DNA of 64,000 bases from assembly GCA_965247675.1 (NCBI GenBank), contig OZ252025.1, positions 2,525,153-2,589,152 of the forward strand, in the 5' to 3' direction. The position numbers and the translations under genes are program-made. This document shows, one piece after another, positions 9,411 to 17,868 of this stretch (positions are counted from its first letter, which is position 1; every line of letters begins with the position of its first letter). This DNA is from Tepidiformaceae bacterium (GTDB taxonomy: Bacteria > Chloroflexota > Dehalococcoidia > Tepidiformales > Tepidiformaceae). The notes beneath the pieces are model-generated. The model did no database searches, had not been told where the DNA came from, and saw only the letters and a program-made list of their open reading frames with translations.

Positions 9411-10517
9411 TCAATCCTCCAAAAGACTGATCACGACCTTGCGGCTGTCTCCCTCGCCGATGCTGTTCGTCTCGAGCTCGGGGTCGTCGGCGAGGGACAG
9501 GTGAACGAGGCGCCGCTCCGCCGCGGACATCGGCTCGAGCGTGATCGGCTCGCCGCTCTCCCGCACAACCTCAGCCATACGCTCGGCCAGCGACATCAGT
9601 TGCTCTTCTCGGCGCCGTCGGTACTCCTCGACGTCGACCGTCACGGAGCCGCGCCCGGGAAAGCGGCGGGTTATCACAAGGTTCACGACGTACTGGAAGG
9701 CCAGCAGGCTCTCGCCCCGGCGCCCGATCAGCATCCCCAGGTCCTCCCCGGAGATGTCGATGACGGCGCGGGCGCTGCCCAGCCCGTCGCCGGGCGTAAC
9801 GGGCTCGCGGATGTTGATGTCGGCGTCAATGTCGAGAATCTGGAGGATCGAGTCGACCACCTCGGCCGCGAGATCGACCTCTTCGGCGTTGATGTCGGGC
9901 TCGATGTGCTCCTCCTCCCGGCGCCTGCGCGGACGGTCGCGCCGGGGAGGACCGCCGGAGCCGCCGCGAGGCGACCCACCGGAGCCGCCGCGAGGCGACC
10001 CGCCAGAACCGCCGCGAGGCGACCCACCAGAGCCTCGGCTCGGTGCAGCTCGGCCCGGCGCGGGAGCGGGCGGCGCCGCGCCATCGCCGAAGAAGTCCTG
10101 CTCGGTCAGCTCGGGCGCTCGTTCGACGCGAGGGCCACGCTGGCCGCCCGAACCGCCCCGCTCGCCCCCGCGGCCGCGTCCACCACCGCCACTGCCGCCA
10201 CCGCGGCGGCCCCGGTCGCGGTTTCCACCGCCGCCAGCGCCGCCACTGCCGCCACCGCCGCGGCCACTGCCGCCCCGGCCACCGCGTCCGCGGGGGATGG
10301 TGGTATCGGGCGGTTCGGGGGTCCGTTCGCGCCGCCCGTCGGAGCGGCGCTCGACCCGGACGACGGCGTCGCGGGAGCCGCGTCCGAAGAGGCGGCCCCC
10401 ACGCTGGCCCTCGTCGAGGACGGTTATCTCGACTTCATCGACGGTAGCGTTGAGCTTGGTCAGCGCCGCTCTAAGCGCGACGTCGACGGTTTTTCCGTTT
10501 GCTTCGGCGTGTTCCAT
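9411..10517 (-). CDS. khpB: RNA-binding protein KhpB/Jag (Jag_N + KH + R3H) with a long Arg/Gly-rich insert
   Basis: Jag_N (GKTVDVALRAALTKLNATVDEVEITVL). KH (ISGEDLGMLIGRRGESLLAFQYVV). R3H (MSAAERRLVHLSL). About 150 aa of RGG/SPRGG low complexity lie between Jag_N and KH. Confidence 0.9.
   Translation of the reverse strand: MEHAEANGKTVDVALRAALTKLNATVDEVEITVLDEGQRGGRLFGRGSRDAVVRVERRSDGRRERTPEPPDTTIPRGRGGRGGSGRGGGGSGGAGGGGNRDRGRRGGGSGGGGRGRGGERGGSGGQRGPRVERAPELTEQDFFGDGAAPPAPAPGRAAPSRGSGGSPRGGSGGSPRGGSGGSPRGGSGGPPRRDRPRRRREEEHIEPDINAEEVDLAAEVVDSILQILDIDADINIREPVTPGDGLGSARAVIDISGEDLGMLIGRRGESLLAFQYVVNLVITRRFPGRGSVTVDVEEYRRRREEQLMSLAERMAEVVRESGEPITLEPMSAAERRLVHLSLADDPELETNSIGEGDSRKVVISLLED
9949..10031. 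repeat. 24-bp tandem repeat (about 3.5 units) inside khpB, encoding (PRGGSGGS)n
   Basis: Units GCCGCCGCGAGGCGACCCACCGGA at 9960-9983, 9984-10007 and 10008-10031, with a partial unit before them. Confidence 0.85.
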
Positions 10518-11427
10518 GAGCAGATGTCCTCAATTCGCGGGAGGGCCGGCGGCGAGATCCGCTCGTGCCCTCCGAAGATACTGTTGCTGCCGCCTCGACC
10601 ACGGGCCGGGGCGTCGGTGGCCCCACCAGCGGTTGAATGTTGAGCAGGGGGAAGCCGTACGTGACGATGTTGAACCCCACGCTCACGAACGAGGTGACGA
10701 CCCAGTAGAGACTCACTCCACTGGGGAAGCTGAAGGCGAAGAACATGAACATGATGGGCAGCATCCACTGCATCATCTGTTGCTGCGTGCGCGCCCGGTC
10801 GTCGGTAGCGACGGTGACCGTCGTCTTCGATTGCGCCCACGTGGAGATGCCGACGAGGGCGACCATGATCATGTGGGACTCGGCCAGGTTCATCCCCAGG
10901 AAGCTCTCCTCCAGGGGAATCGCGCGCTGGATGTAGTCCCACGAATAGAGGTGCCCCGAGAGGTTGTCGAGCGCCTCCGGAGAGATCGCGAGCGTCTGGC
11001 GGATGGCGTAGAAGAGCGCGATCAGGACGGGGAACTGGAGGACGAGCGGCCCGAGGCAGCCAAGCGGATTGACGCCCGCCGCGCGGTACGCCTTCATCAT
11101 CTCTTCCTGGCGCCGCTTCGGATCGTTGAACTTCTTCTGAATCTCCTGCACGTGCGGCTGCAGCGCCTGCATCGCGCGGGTCTGCTGCAGCTGGCGCAGC
11201 GTCAGCGGGAACGTGACAAACCGGACAAGAATCGTGAAGGCGATGACGGCCAGCCCGAAGCTGCCCCAGAGCGCGTTGTTGAGCACGACGAGCAGATTGA
11301 TCATCGGGTCGAGCAACCCGACCGTGAAACTGTGCGTGAAGCCGAACGTGGCGATGACGAAGACGAGAGCGACGCCGCCGATCAGGGCGACACCGAGCCC
11401 GGCCCTCTGCGGTACGTTGCGAATCAC
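10471..11427 (-). CDS. yidC: Membrane protein insertase YidC (short, Oxa1-like form)
   Basis: FVTFPLTLRQLQQTRAMQALQPHVQEIQKKF..., GCLGPLVLQFPVLIALFYAI, SGVSLYWVVTSF and a basic C-tail. GTG 11427 overlaps the upstream stop (GTGA). Confidence 0.92.
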   Translation of the reverse strand: MIRNVPQRAGLGVALIGGVALVFVIATFGFTHSFTVGLLDPMINLLVVLNNALWGSFGLAVIAFTILVRFVTFPLTLRQLQQTRAMQALQPHVQEIQKKFNDPKRRQEEMMKAYRAAGVNPLGCLGPLVLQFPVLIALFYAIRQTLAISPEALDNLSGHLYSWDYIQRAIPLEESFLGMNLAESHMIMVALVGISTWAQSKTTVTVATDDRARTQQQMMQWMLPIMFMFFAFSFPSGVSLYWVVTSFVSVGFNIVTYGFPLLNIQPLVGPPTPRPVVEAAATVSSEGTSGSRRRPSRELRTSAHGTRRSKRKNRRRRA

Positions 11428-12584
11428 GGCAGGCCTCGCACTACGCGCTCAACCACCGTGAGGGTCTGCGGGTCGGCCTCGTACAGCTTCCCCTTCGTGC
11501 CGAGTACCCAGGCGTAGCCGTCTTTTTCCACCAAACCTGCTCGAATCTTCCCTGCGTCATCAAGCTTGACGGTATTTTGGCGCGCGCCGGTTGCCAGATC
11601 GAGGAAGTGCACCGAGCCGCCTTCATCCGCCACGATAAGCGTTTCGTCGATTATGACGCCCTGGGCCTTCACCTTGTCGCCGGCTTCATAGGGGACCCAC
11701 CGCGCGCGGCCGGTCCCCAGATCCATCGCGTGAACGAAACCCTCGAAGTCTCCGAAGTAGGCCACGCCGTTGCGGACCGCCGGCGTCGTCCACACCCATC
11801 CCTCCGCCTGATACGCATCGCGGAGAGCGCGGCCGCTCTCCGCATCGACGAGCCACACCTCGCCCCCGAGCGTCGGGACAAACAACACCCCATCCCCGAT
11901 GTAGGCCAGATCCGCGATTGCGCCCTCGGCGTCGAAAGGCTCCGGCCACAGTTCCTGCCCCGTCTCAAGGTTGAAGGCGTACAGGTTGCCGTCCATCGTC
12001 GGCACGTAGAGGACGCTCCCGACGACCACCAGTTGAGACCATATCTCACCTTTGAGCTTCAACCCATCGAGAGGCCACGCCGCCACGGCGCCGCCGTCCG
12101 CGACACTCCGTACGTAGAGGCGCTCCTCCGTCGTGCCGAATGCGAATACGTCCCCCGCGAGCACGGCTCCGCCCACGATGCTGCCCTTCACATCATCACG
12201 GCTCCAGCTCCCCCGACCCTGGCCGAGCCGCCCCTCCCGGGAGATGGCCACGATCTCCCCCGAGAACGCCGCGAGGATGATGCGGCCGCCGGCGAACAGC
12301 GGCGCTCCGTAGACAGCTTGGAGATCGAGGTCGTCCTCGGCATCAATATCGTTGTCGGGGAAGTACCAGCGGGCCTCGCCTCCGAGTTCGTCGAGCGTCA
12401 CGGCCACGAATTCCTCGCGGTCGGTGAAGACGTAGACGGTATCGCCCTCGAAGACGGGCTCAGCCCAGCCCCGGGGTTCGGAGAAGCCGACGCACGCCGT
12501 CGACACAAAAGCGACAGCAAGGATCACGGGAAGGAGGACTTTGCCAAGGCGCACGATCGGCATCGTAGCAGCAACCGATCTCAC
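11424..12584 (-). CDS. PQQ-like (BamB-like) beta-propeller repeat lipoprotein
   Basis: Signal peptide plus lipobox (AVAFVSTAC). Repeated ...G.LYA.D..TG...W motifs (DGNLYAFNLETGQELW, GEVWLVDAESGRAL, GFVHAMDLGTGRARW). GTG 12584 lies 8 nt after TATGTT. ATG 12563 is an alternative start. Confidence 0.75.
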   Translation of the reverse strand: MRSVAATMPIVRLGKVLLPVILAVAFVSTACVGFSEPRGWAEPVFEGDTVYVFTDREEFVAVTLDELGGEARWYFPDNDIDAEDDLDLQAVYGAPLFAGGRIILAAFSGEIVAISREGRLGQGRGSWSRDDVKGSIVGGAVLAGDVFAFGTTEERLYVRSVADGGAVAAWPLDGLKLKGEIWSQLVVVGSVLYVPTMDGNLYAFNLETGQELWPEPFDAEGAIADLAYIGDGVLFVPTLGGEVWLVDAESGRALRDAYQAEGWVWTTPAVRNGVAYFGDFEGFVHAMDLGTGRARWVPYEAGDKVKAQGVIIDETLIVADEGGSVHFLDLATGARQNTVKLDDAGKIRAGLVEKDGYAWVLGTKGKLYEADPQTLTVVERVVRGLP

Positions 12585-12604
12585 GGTCAGCGAACATAGA
12601 ACTC

Positions 12605-12620
12605 TGTTTCACGTGAAACA
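12605..12620. promoter_or_regulatory. parS: parS site 1 (ParB-binding centromere-like palindrome)
   Basis: Perfect 16-bp palindrome TGTTTCACGTGAAACA, the consensus parS. It lies 6 nt upstream of the TATGTT -10-like hexamer (reverse complement of 12593-12598) of the 11424..12584 gene. Confidence 0.85.
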
Positions 12621-12752
12621 GGCCGTTTTCGGGACCCGTCACACCGTTGCCCGCTTTGCGCGGGGCTCCTGGAAGCCCTTCCACCCATGCGCACAAGCCC
12701 TTTAGCAATTCTCTTGAAGGGACCTGCCCGAGCATTTACGCCGCTGCCCGGT

Positions 12753-12768
12753 TGTTTCACGTGAAACA
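12753..12768. promoter_or_regulatory. parS: parS site 2
   Basis: Perfect TGTTTCACGTGAAACA. Confidence 0.85.
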
Positions 12769-13210
12769 TCGCCCTTGCTGCGCTTTCACCCGCGTCGGGG
12801 CTCCGGCACCGACCGCAGGACCCTCCTCTGCGTGGTGTTTCCCGTCCTATGTCGGGTACGAGCGTTCCCCGGCCCCTTCCTGCCCCCGCCACGCTCTTCG
12901 CTCCCTTCTCTGGTCATCCTTTGCCTCGAGGCCCTCCCCCGCCGCCCTCGAGTGCGCTGGAAGGCGGCTCGCCCCGCCAACCCACCGTGGTCGAGCCCCT
13001 CCCTGGTCCCTTTCCGTCCCATTTCGCGGGATCGCTTTCGTTAAAGCCACGGGGGGACGAGGAACCAGGCCCCCAGCCGGTCCCCCCACGCCAACCGACA
13101 GCCACTCAAGGGTCCCTCGCCCGTCATGGGGTTGTTTCCCGTGCGCAGCAAGGGTTCGACCATCGATCCGCCGCTCCGCAGGCAGGCTCTCCCATCCACG
13201 ACTCCCGCCC

Positions 13211-13234
13211 GGAATGTTTCACGTGAAACATTCC
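13211..13234. promoter_or_regulatory. parS: parS site 3 (extended 24-bp palindrome)
   Basis: GGAATGTTTCACGTGAAACATTCC. The core 16-mer is at 13215-13230, 10 nt downstream of the yidD stop. Confidence 0.85.
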
Positions 13235-13239
13235 CGCCC

Positions 13240-13452
13240 CTAGTCAGGCACAGGATCATAGCCGTACCCACCTCCGGGACGGCACCTCAAGAGCCTCTTC
13301 ACCGTGAGCCATGCTCCCCCCAGGACGCCGTGCCTGGCCAGGGCCTCTTCCGCGTAGCGCGAACAGCTCGGCTCGAACCGGCAGCTGTTCATGAATAGCC
13401 CCGAAAGGGTGACCTGGTACACGCGAATCATGCCGACCAGCACCCACCTCAC
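13240..13452 (-). CDS. yidD: Membrane protein insertion efficiency factor YidD
   Basis: CRFEPSCSRYAEEALARHG...RLLRCRPGGGYGYDPVP. GTG start overlaps the rnpA stop (GTGA). Confidence 0.92.
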   Translation of the reverse strand: MRWVLVGMIRVYQVTLSGLFMNSCRFEPSCSRYAEEALARHGVLGGAWLTVKRLLRCRPGGGYGYDPVPD

Positions 13453-13787
13453 TCGTCCCCACCCTCCAGAAGCAGGCCCGCCCTGCCCAGCAGCGACCGC
13501 GCATCCTCTCGGAGGGCCGCGAAGGCCTCCGTCTGCGCCGACCGGCGAGCCAGCACAACCACGTCGTACCCGTCCCGGATCGCGACAGGCCGCAACGCGT
13601 GTCGCAAACGGCGCCGTACCCGGTTGCGGACGACGGCTCGCCTGTCCAGCCGCTTCCCGACCGCGAACCCCACCCGCGCCGGCCCTTCGCCGCGCGCAAG
13701 GAACCTGAGCGCAAGCGAGCGCCCACCAACAAACCGACCCGATGCGAACACTTGTTCGAAGTCTGTGCGCCGCCGCAGTGACTCCAC
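13449..13787 (-). CDS. rnpA: Ribonuclease P protein component
   Basis: LRRRTDFEQVF...RVGFAVGKRLDRRAVVRNRVRRRLRHAL matches the RnpA pattern. Position between rpmH and yidD. Confidence 0.9.
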   Translation of the reverse strand: MESLRRRTDFEQVFASGRFVGGRSLALRFLARGEGPARVGFAVGKRLDRRAVVRNRVRRRLRHALRPVAIRDGYDVVVLARRSAQTEAFAALREDARSLLGRAGLLLEGGDE

Positions 13788-13801
13788 CGCGCGCTCCCCG
13801 C

Positions 13802-13945
13802 CTAGACGACCGTCAGTCGACTCCGGCCCTTCAGACGCCGCGCCTTCAGCACCGCCCGACCCGCACGCGAGGCCATCCGCCGGCGAAAACCGTGACGGCG
13901 TTGACGCGGGCGGCGATGCGGTTGATACGTTCGTTTTGGTGACAC
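13802..13945 (-). CDS. rpmH: 50S ribosomal protein L34
   Basis: Not in the ORF track (47 aa). My translation of the minus strand from GTG 13945 is (M)[46 protein letters not shown], with TAG at 13802-13804. Confidence 0.9.
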   Translation of the reverse strand: MSPKRTYQPHRRPRQRRHGFRRRMASRAGRAVLKARRLKGRSRLTVV

Positions 13946-13982
13946 GGCTTTTTCCCGGTCCCTAAGCTACGACGCCAAACCG

Positions 13983-16235
13983 CTATCCGCCAGCCCCTTC
14001 CCCGTAGAGCGCCCGGTACCAGGCGTAGTGCTCCATGACCAGTTGCACGTACGCCCGCGTCTCCGCGAAAACGACCGCCTCGACGAAGTCGGCGGGCGGC
14101 CACGAGGCCGCTGCCGCCCAGCGGCGCACGTTCTCCGGACCGCCGTTGTACGCGGCCAGGGCCTGGTGCACATCGCCGAAATCACGCAACTGCACGCCCA
14201 GGTAGTACGAACCGAATTCGATCGACACCGCCGGCCTGAACAGATCCCCGAGGGCGAAGTCCCGCACCCCCCGCCGCTCCGCGATCCACGTCGCCGTTGG
14301 GGGAATGACCTGCGTCAGCCCCATTGCCTGCGCGACCGACACCGCCTCCGCGTCCCAGTGGCTCTCCTGGTGGATCAGGGCCGCCAGCAACAGGGGATCG
14401 AGGCCGTTCGCCTTCCCCGCCTCCTCCAGCAGCGTCTCGTACGGCAGCGGGTAGCGAAGGCGCGCAAGGATGTCCGGTAGGGCTTCACTTCTGATACCCA
14501 GTATCTCTTGGAGCCTCGCTGCGAGAGCCGAGACTTGCTGCGGCAACCCCGACCGCCACGCCGACCGCGCTAGCGACAGCAGCACCCACGGATCGGTGGT
14601 TCGCGCCGCGGCCAGCGCGATCGCCTCCGACGCGCGACCGCCGAGCCCCGCCAGCGCGAGCTCCGGCGCCTCCGGCGCGACAGCCTGGAGCGCGCCCGGG
14701 CGGCGCCCCGACAGCCACTCCGCGAGCTCGTCCCAGTCGGGCGCGGGCTGGGGAGGGAGGGGCCGGTAGTCGCCGTCCCCACCCGGATCGATCCCGAGGG
14801 CGCGGCGCGCTTCGAGCCCGTGGAAGGAGCGAGGTTGCAGCGCCAACGCCTCCCGGAAGGCCCCCTGCGCTGGCTCCCCATCGCCCAGCTCCTCGTACGC
14901 GCGACCCAACCAGTACTGCGTCCGCGCGGCGGCGCCTGTCAGCGCCTCCCAGGCCTCGACCGCGCCCTCCACGTCACCCGCCCGCAGCCGGGCGAAACCG
15001 CTCCGGAAGGCGGCCTCCTCCGCGAACTCTCCCCCCGCCTCCTGCGCGACCACGTCGTAGCGCTGGGCGGCTTCCTCGTAGCGCCCTGCGCTCTCCAGGG
15101 CGCGCGCCGCCCAGTACCTCGACCGATGCCCAAAGATGCCCGCTTGCGGCATGGCCGCCACCGCGTCGTAGAGCGCCACCGACTCCACGTAGAAGCCGTC
15201 GTCGTCGTACGAGGCGGCAAGGAAGTAGGTGCGATAGACCAGCGCGTCGGCCGTCAGCTCCGGCTCTTCGATGGCGGGCACGAGGACGGCCCGCGCCTGG
15301 GCGAACGCGTGGCGCCGGTAGAGCACGTACCCCTCGTCGCCCGCGTCGACCGCGTAGCCCGCGTCGCGCAGGTCGCGCACGGAGAAGAGCGCCTCTTCGG
15401 CCGAGGGGCTCTCGACGATGATGGCGCGCAACTGCGCCTCGAACAGGTCGAGGTCGCCCAGCAGAAACCCCACGGCCGCGAGCTCGTGGCGCACCACCGG
15501 GTCGCCCGTGAGCGCAGCGAGCTCCCCCAGCCAGCGGCGCCGGGCCTCCAGGTCGCCGGCGACGCGGGCAATGGCCGCCCGCTGCCGCAGGATGGGGAGC
15601 CGCAGCTGCTCCCCCAGCCCCGGCGTCGCCAGCAGCGACTGCCAGACCGTCTCGGCGCGCTCCACGTCGCCGTTGGCGGCGAGGGCGCGGGCGTACTCCG
15701 AGACGATGGCGGGCGCGAGCGCGAGTCCGCTCCCGAGCACGGCGTGGGGTCGCAGCAGGGCCACCGCCTCGGCGAAGGCGCCCCCTTCGTTGAGTCGCAC
15801 ACCCAACAGGTACACGGCCCGCGCCTCCTCCGCTGTACCGTCGATCGCCGCAGCCACTGCCAGCCGCAGCAGCGACCGCGATCGACCGGCATCGCCCAGT
15901 TCGTACACGGCCACCGCCTCCCCCAGCCGCGCCGCCGAGACATCGGACGGTTCCGTGGCCACCTCGGCAACGTTCGCGAACGCCGCCGTCGCCTCGCCGT
16001 ACTGACCCCCACGGAGCAGCGCGTACGCCTCATCAAGGAGCACCGCGGGCGGGGGCGTCGGGGAAGGGGTCGGCGTGGCGGTTGGAACCCCTGCCGGCGA
16101 AGGCGAGGGCGTCGCCGGAGGCGGCTCCTCGCCGCCACAGGAGACGAGCAGGAGGGCCAGCAGGAGGGCAGCCAGCGCACCCTGCCGCACGCCGCTCAGC
16201 GGGCGGCCGCCGGGCCGGTTGCGTCTGGCGTCCAC
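13983..16235 (-). CDS. Soluble lytic murein transglycosylase (SLT domain) lipoprotein with a TPR-like superhelical N-domain
   Basis: Lipobox LLLVSCGG and a PT-rich linker. C-terminal SLT catalytic region (LLAALIHQESHWDAEAVSVAQAMGLTQVIPPTA, AAYNGGPENVRRW). Confidence 0.88.
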   Translation of the reverse strand: MDARRNRPGGRPLSGVRQGALAALLLALLLVSCGGEEPPPATPSPSPAGVPTATPTPSPTPPPAVLLDEAYALLRGGQYGEATAAFANVAEVATEPSDVSAARLGEAVAVYELGDAGRSRSLLRLAVAAAIDGTAEEARAVYLLGVRLNEGGAFAEAVALLRPHAVLGSGLALAPAIVSEYARALAANGDVERAETVWQSLLATPGLGEQLRLPILRQRAAIARVAGDLEARRRWLGELAALTGDPVVRHELAAVGFLLGDLDLFEAQLRAIIVESPSAEEALFSVRDLRDAGYAVDAGDEGYVLYRRHAFAQARAVLVPAIEEPELTADALVYRTYFLAASYDDDGFYVESVALYDAVAAMPQAGIFGHRSRYWAARALESAGRYEEAAQRYDVVAQEAGGEFAEEAAFRSGFARLRAGDVEGAVEAWEALTGAAARTQYWLGRAYEELGDGEPAQGAFREALALQPRSFHGLEARRALGIDPGGDGDYRPLPPQPAPDWDELAEWLSGRRPGALQAVAPEAPELALAGLGGRASEAIALAAARTTDPWVLLSLARSAWRSGLPQQVSALAARLQEILGIRSEALPDILARLRYPLPYETLLEEAGKANGLDPLLLAALIHQESHWDAEAVSVAQAMGLTQVIPPTATWIAERRGVRDFALGDLFRPAVSIEFGSYYLGVQLRDFGDVHQALAAYNGGPENVRRWAAAASWPPADFVEAVVFAETRAYVQLVMEHYAWYRALYGEGAGG

Positions 16236-16242
16236 CCCACGG

Positions 16243-16272
16243 ATGCTAGGCCCGTCCTCGCAGGCGGGTCAA
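16243..16272 (-). promoter_or_regulatory. Sigma70-like promoter of the SLT gene (TTGACC, 18 nt, TAGCAT), probably leaderless
   Basis: On the minus strand, TTGACC is the reverse complement of 16267-16272 and TAGCAT of 16243-16248. The spacer is 18 nt. The GTG start at 16235 is 7 nt after the -10. Confidence 0.5.
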
Positions 16273-16298
16273 AGCCTCGCCCTGGGAAGGGGGCCACC

Positions 16299-17495
16299 GT
16301 GCCAGCCAGCACTCCTGCAGCCAGCGACACCGCCCTCGCCGGAGCCACCAGGGCGCTTAACGCCTGGATCGAACTCGACCTCGACGCGCTCGCGAACAAC
16401 GCCCGCGTCCTGCGCGAAACCGCCGGCGAGGCCACCGTCATGGCCGTCGTGAAGGCGAACGCCTACGGGCACGGGGCGAGCATCATCGGACCCGCGCTCG
16501 AAGCGGCTGGGGTCGAACGCTTCGCCGTCGTCTTTCTGCCCGAGGCGGTCGCCCTGCGCGAGGCAGGCGTCACGAGACCGGTGCTCGTCCTCGGCCACTC
16601 CTTCCCCGAGGACGCCGAGGCCGCGGTCGCGGGCGACATCACCCTCACGGTCGATACCGAAGCGCTCGCCGAGGCCCTCTCCGGGGCCGCCCTGCGCGCA
16701 GGCAAGGCGCCCGCGCCCGTGCACATCAAGGTCGATAGCGGCATGCACCGCTTCGGCCTGACGCCCACCGAGGTGGCCGCCCTCGCCGAGCGCGTGCGCA
16801 CCCTGGAGGGCGTCACGCTCGAAGCGATCTGGACCCACCTCGCCAACGCCGACCACGCAGACGACTCCTTCACCGTCGAGCAGGACGCCGTCGTCTCGGA
16901 GGCGATCCGGCTGGCGGGGCCCGTGCCCATGCGCCACATCGCCAATACCGCCACGACGATCCGCCACCCCGAGTTCCGCTATGACGCCGTGCGCACGGGG
17001 CTCGGGCTCTACGGCGCACTGCCCGGCCACACCCCCAACCCCGGCGTGCGGCCAGTGCTCAGCATGAAGGCGCGGCTTGCGCGCGTGTTCAATGTCGCCC
17101 CCGGCGAGGGCGTCAGCTACGGCCTCACCTGGCGCGCCCAACGCCCCTCGCGTGTCGCGCTCGTGCCCATCGGTTACGCCGACGGCTACCACCGCGCCCT
17201 CAGCAACCGCGGCCAGGTCCTGGCCGGAGGCCAGCGCTGCCCCATCGTCGGCCTCATCTGCATGGACCACTTCCTCATCGACGTGACCGATGTCCCCGGT
17301 GCGGCGGCCGGCGACGAGGCCGTGCTCATCGGCGAGCAGGGCGGCGAGACCATCACGGCGGCCGAAGTCGCCGACACCATCGACACCATCAGCTACGAGG
17401 TGCTCGCCGGCCTCAACCGCCGCCTCCCCCGCGTGGGCCACCGCAACGGCGTGCTCGTTGGGACATTTCAAGGACCTCGTTCTTCTTCATCCTAG
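16299..17495 (+). CDS. alr: Alanine racemase
   Basis: C-terminal part of ORF 14820..17495. PLP site VVKANAYGHG. Full-length Alr similarity. First in-frame start after the SLT region is GTG 16299, preceded by a GGAAGGGGG SD. Confidence 0.9.
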   Translation: MPASTPAASDTALAGATRALNAWIELDLDALANNARVLRETAGEATVMAVVKANAYGHGASIIGPALEAAGVERFAVVFLPEAVALREAGVTRPVLVLGHSFPEDAEAAVAGDITLTVDTEALAEALSGAALRAGKAPAPVHIKVDSGMHRFGLTPTEVAALAERVRTLEGVTLEAIWTHLANADHADDSFTVEQDAVVSEAIRLAGPVPMRHIANTATTIRHPEFRYDAVRTGLGLYGALPGHTPNPGVRPVLSMKARLARVFNVAPGEGVSYGLTWRAQRPSRVALVPIGYADGYHRALSNRGQVLAGGQRCPIVGLICMDHFLIDVTDVPGAAAGDEAVLIGEQGGETITAAEVADTIDTISYEVLAGLNRRLPRVGHRNGVLVGTFQGPRSSSS

Positions 17496-17574
17496 GGGTG
17501 AAGGTTGCTACTAGCACACAGGCCGGCAGTAGGGTACTCTTCACCCAAGGGCTGAAGGGTTACGAGCGCTGGAG

Positions 17575-17868
17575 GTGCACTCCGCCAGTAACGCCCTCCG
17601 CCGCCAGTACGAATCCCGGAAGGAGGCAGCGAAGAAGTACGGTCCCGACCGGGGACGACGATACATCCAGCGCGTGACCGCTCTCTACGACGCCGAGGAC
17701 TGGGGTGCGATTCAACAGATTCACTCGCTTCGCGCACACCCACTCAGGGACAACCGAGCCGGTCAGTGGGCCATCGTCCTGCAGGGGAGATGGCACCTGA
17801 TTGTGGAAGTCGGAGAGGACGAACGGTCCGTCCCGATCCGGGGGGTATCAAATCACTATGGCAACTAA
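17575..17868 (+). CDS. higB: HigB-like toxin (plasmid maintenance system killer, RelE/ParE superfamily)
   Basis: KKYGPDRGRRYIQRVTALYDAED...LRAHPLRDNRAGQWAIVLQGRWHLIVEV matches the HigB/killer family pattern (PF05015-like). GTG start. It overlaps the next gene by 11 nt. Confidence 0.75.
   Translation: MHSASNALRRQYESRKEAAKKYGPDRGRRYIQRVTALYDAEDWGAIQQIHSLRAHPLRDNRAGQWAIVLQGRWHLIVEVGEDERSVPIRGVSNHYGN

Noticed and set aside
12900-13110. Purine-rich minus strand (GGACGGAAAGGGACC..., CGGGTGAAAGCGCAGCAAGG) superficially resembling RNase P RNA or tmRNA motifs
   Set aside because: The conserved cores are absent, namely the RNase P P4 sequence GAGGAAAGUCCGGGC and the tRNA-like ends of tmRNA. The resemblance is limited to a few G/A-rich words.
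13150-13170. GGTTCGACCATCGATCC, a T-loop-like string suggesting a tRNA
   Set aside because: It does not fit GGTTCGANTCC, and no acceptor or anticodon stems can be drawn around it.
12585-13239. The parS-containing spacer as the chromosomal origin (oriC)
   Set aside because: I found no cluster of DnaA-box-like 9-mers (the best match, CCATCCACG, is 6/9) and no AT-rich unwinding element. dnaA and dnaN are not adjacent. parS sites are origin-proximal but are not the origin itself.
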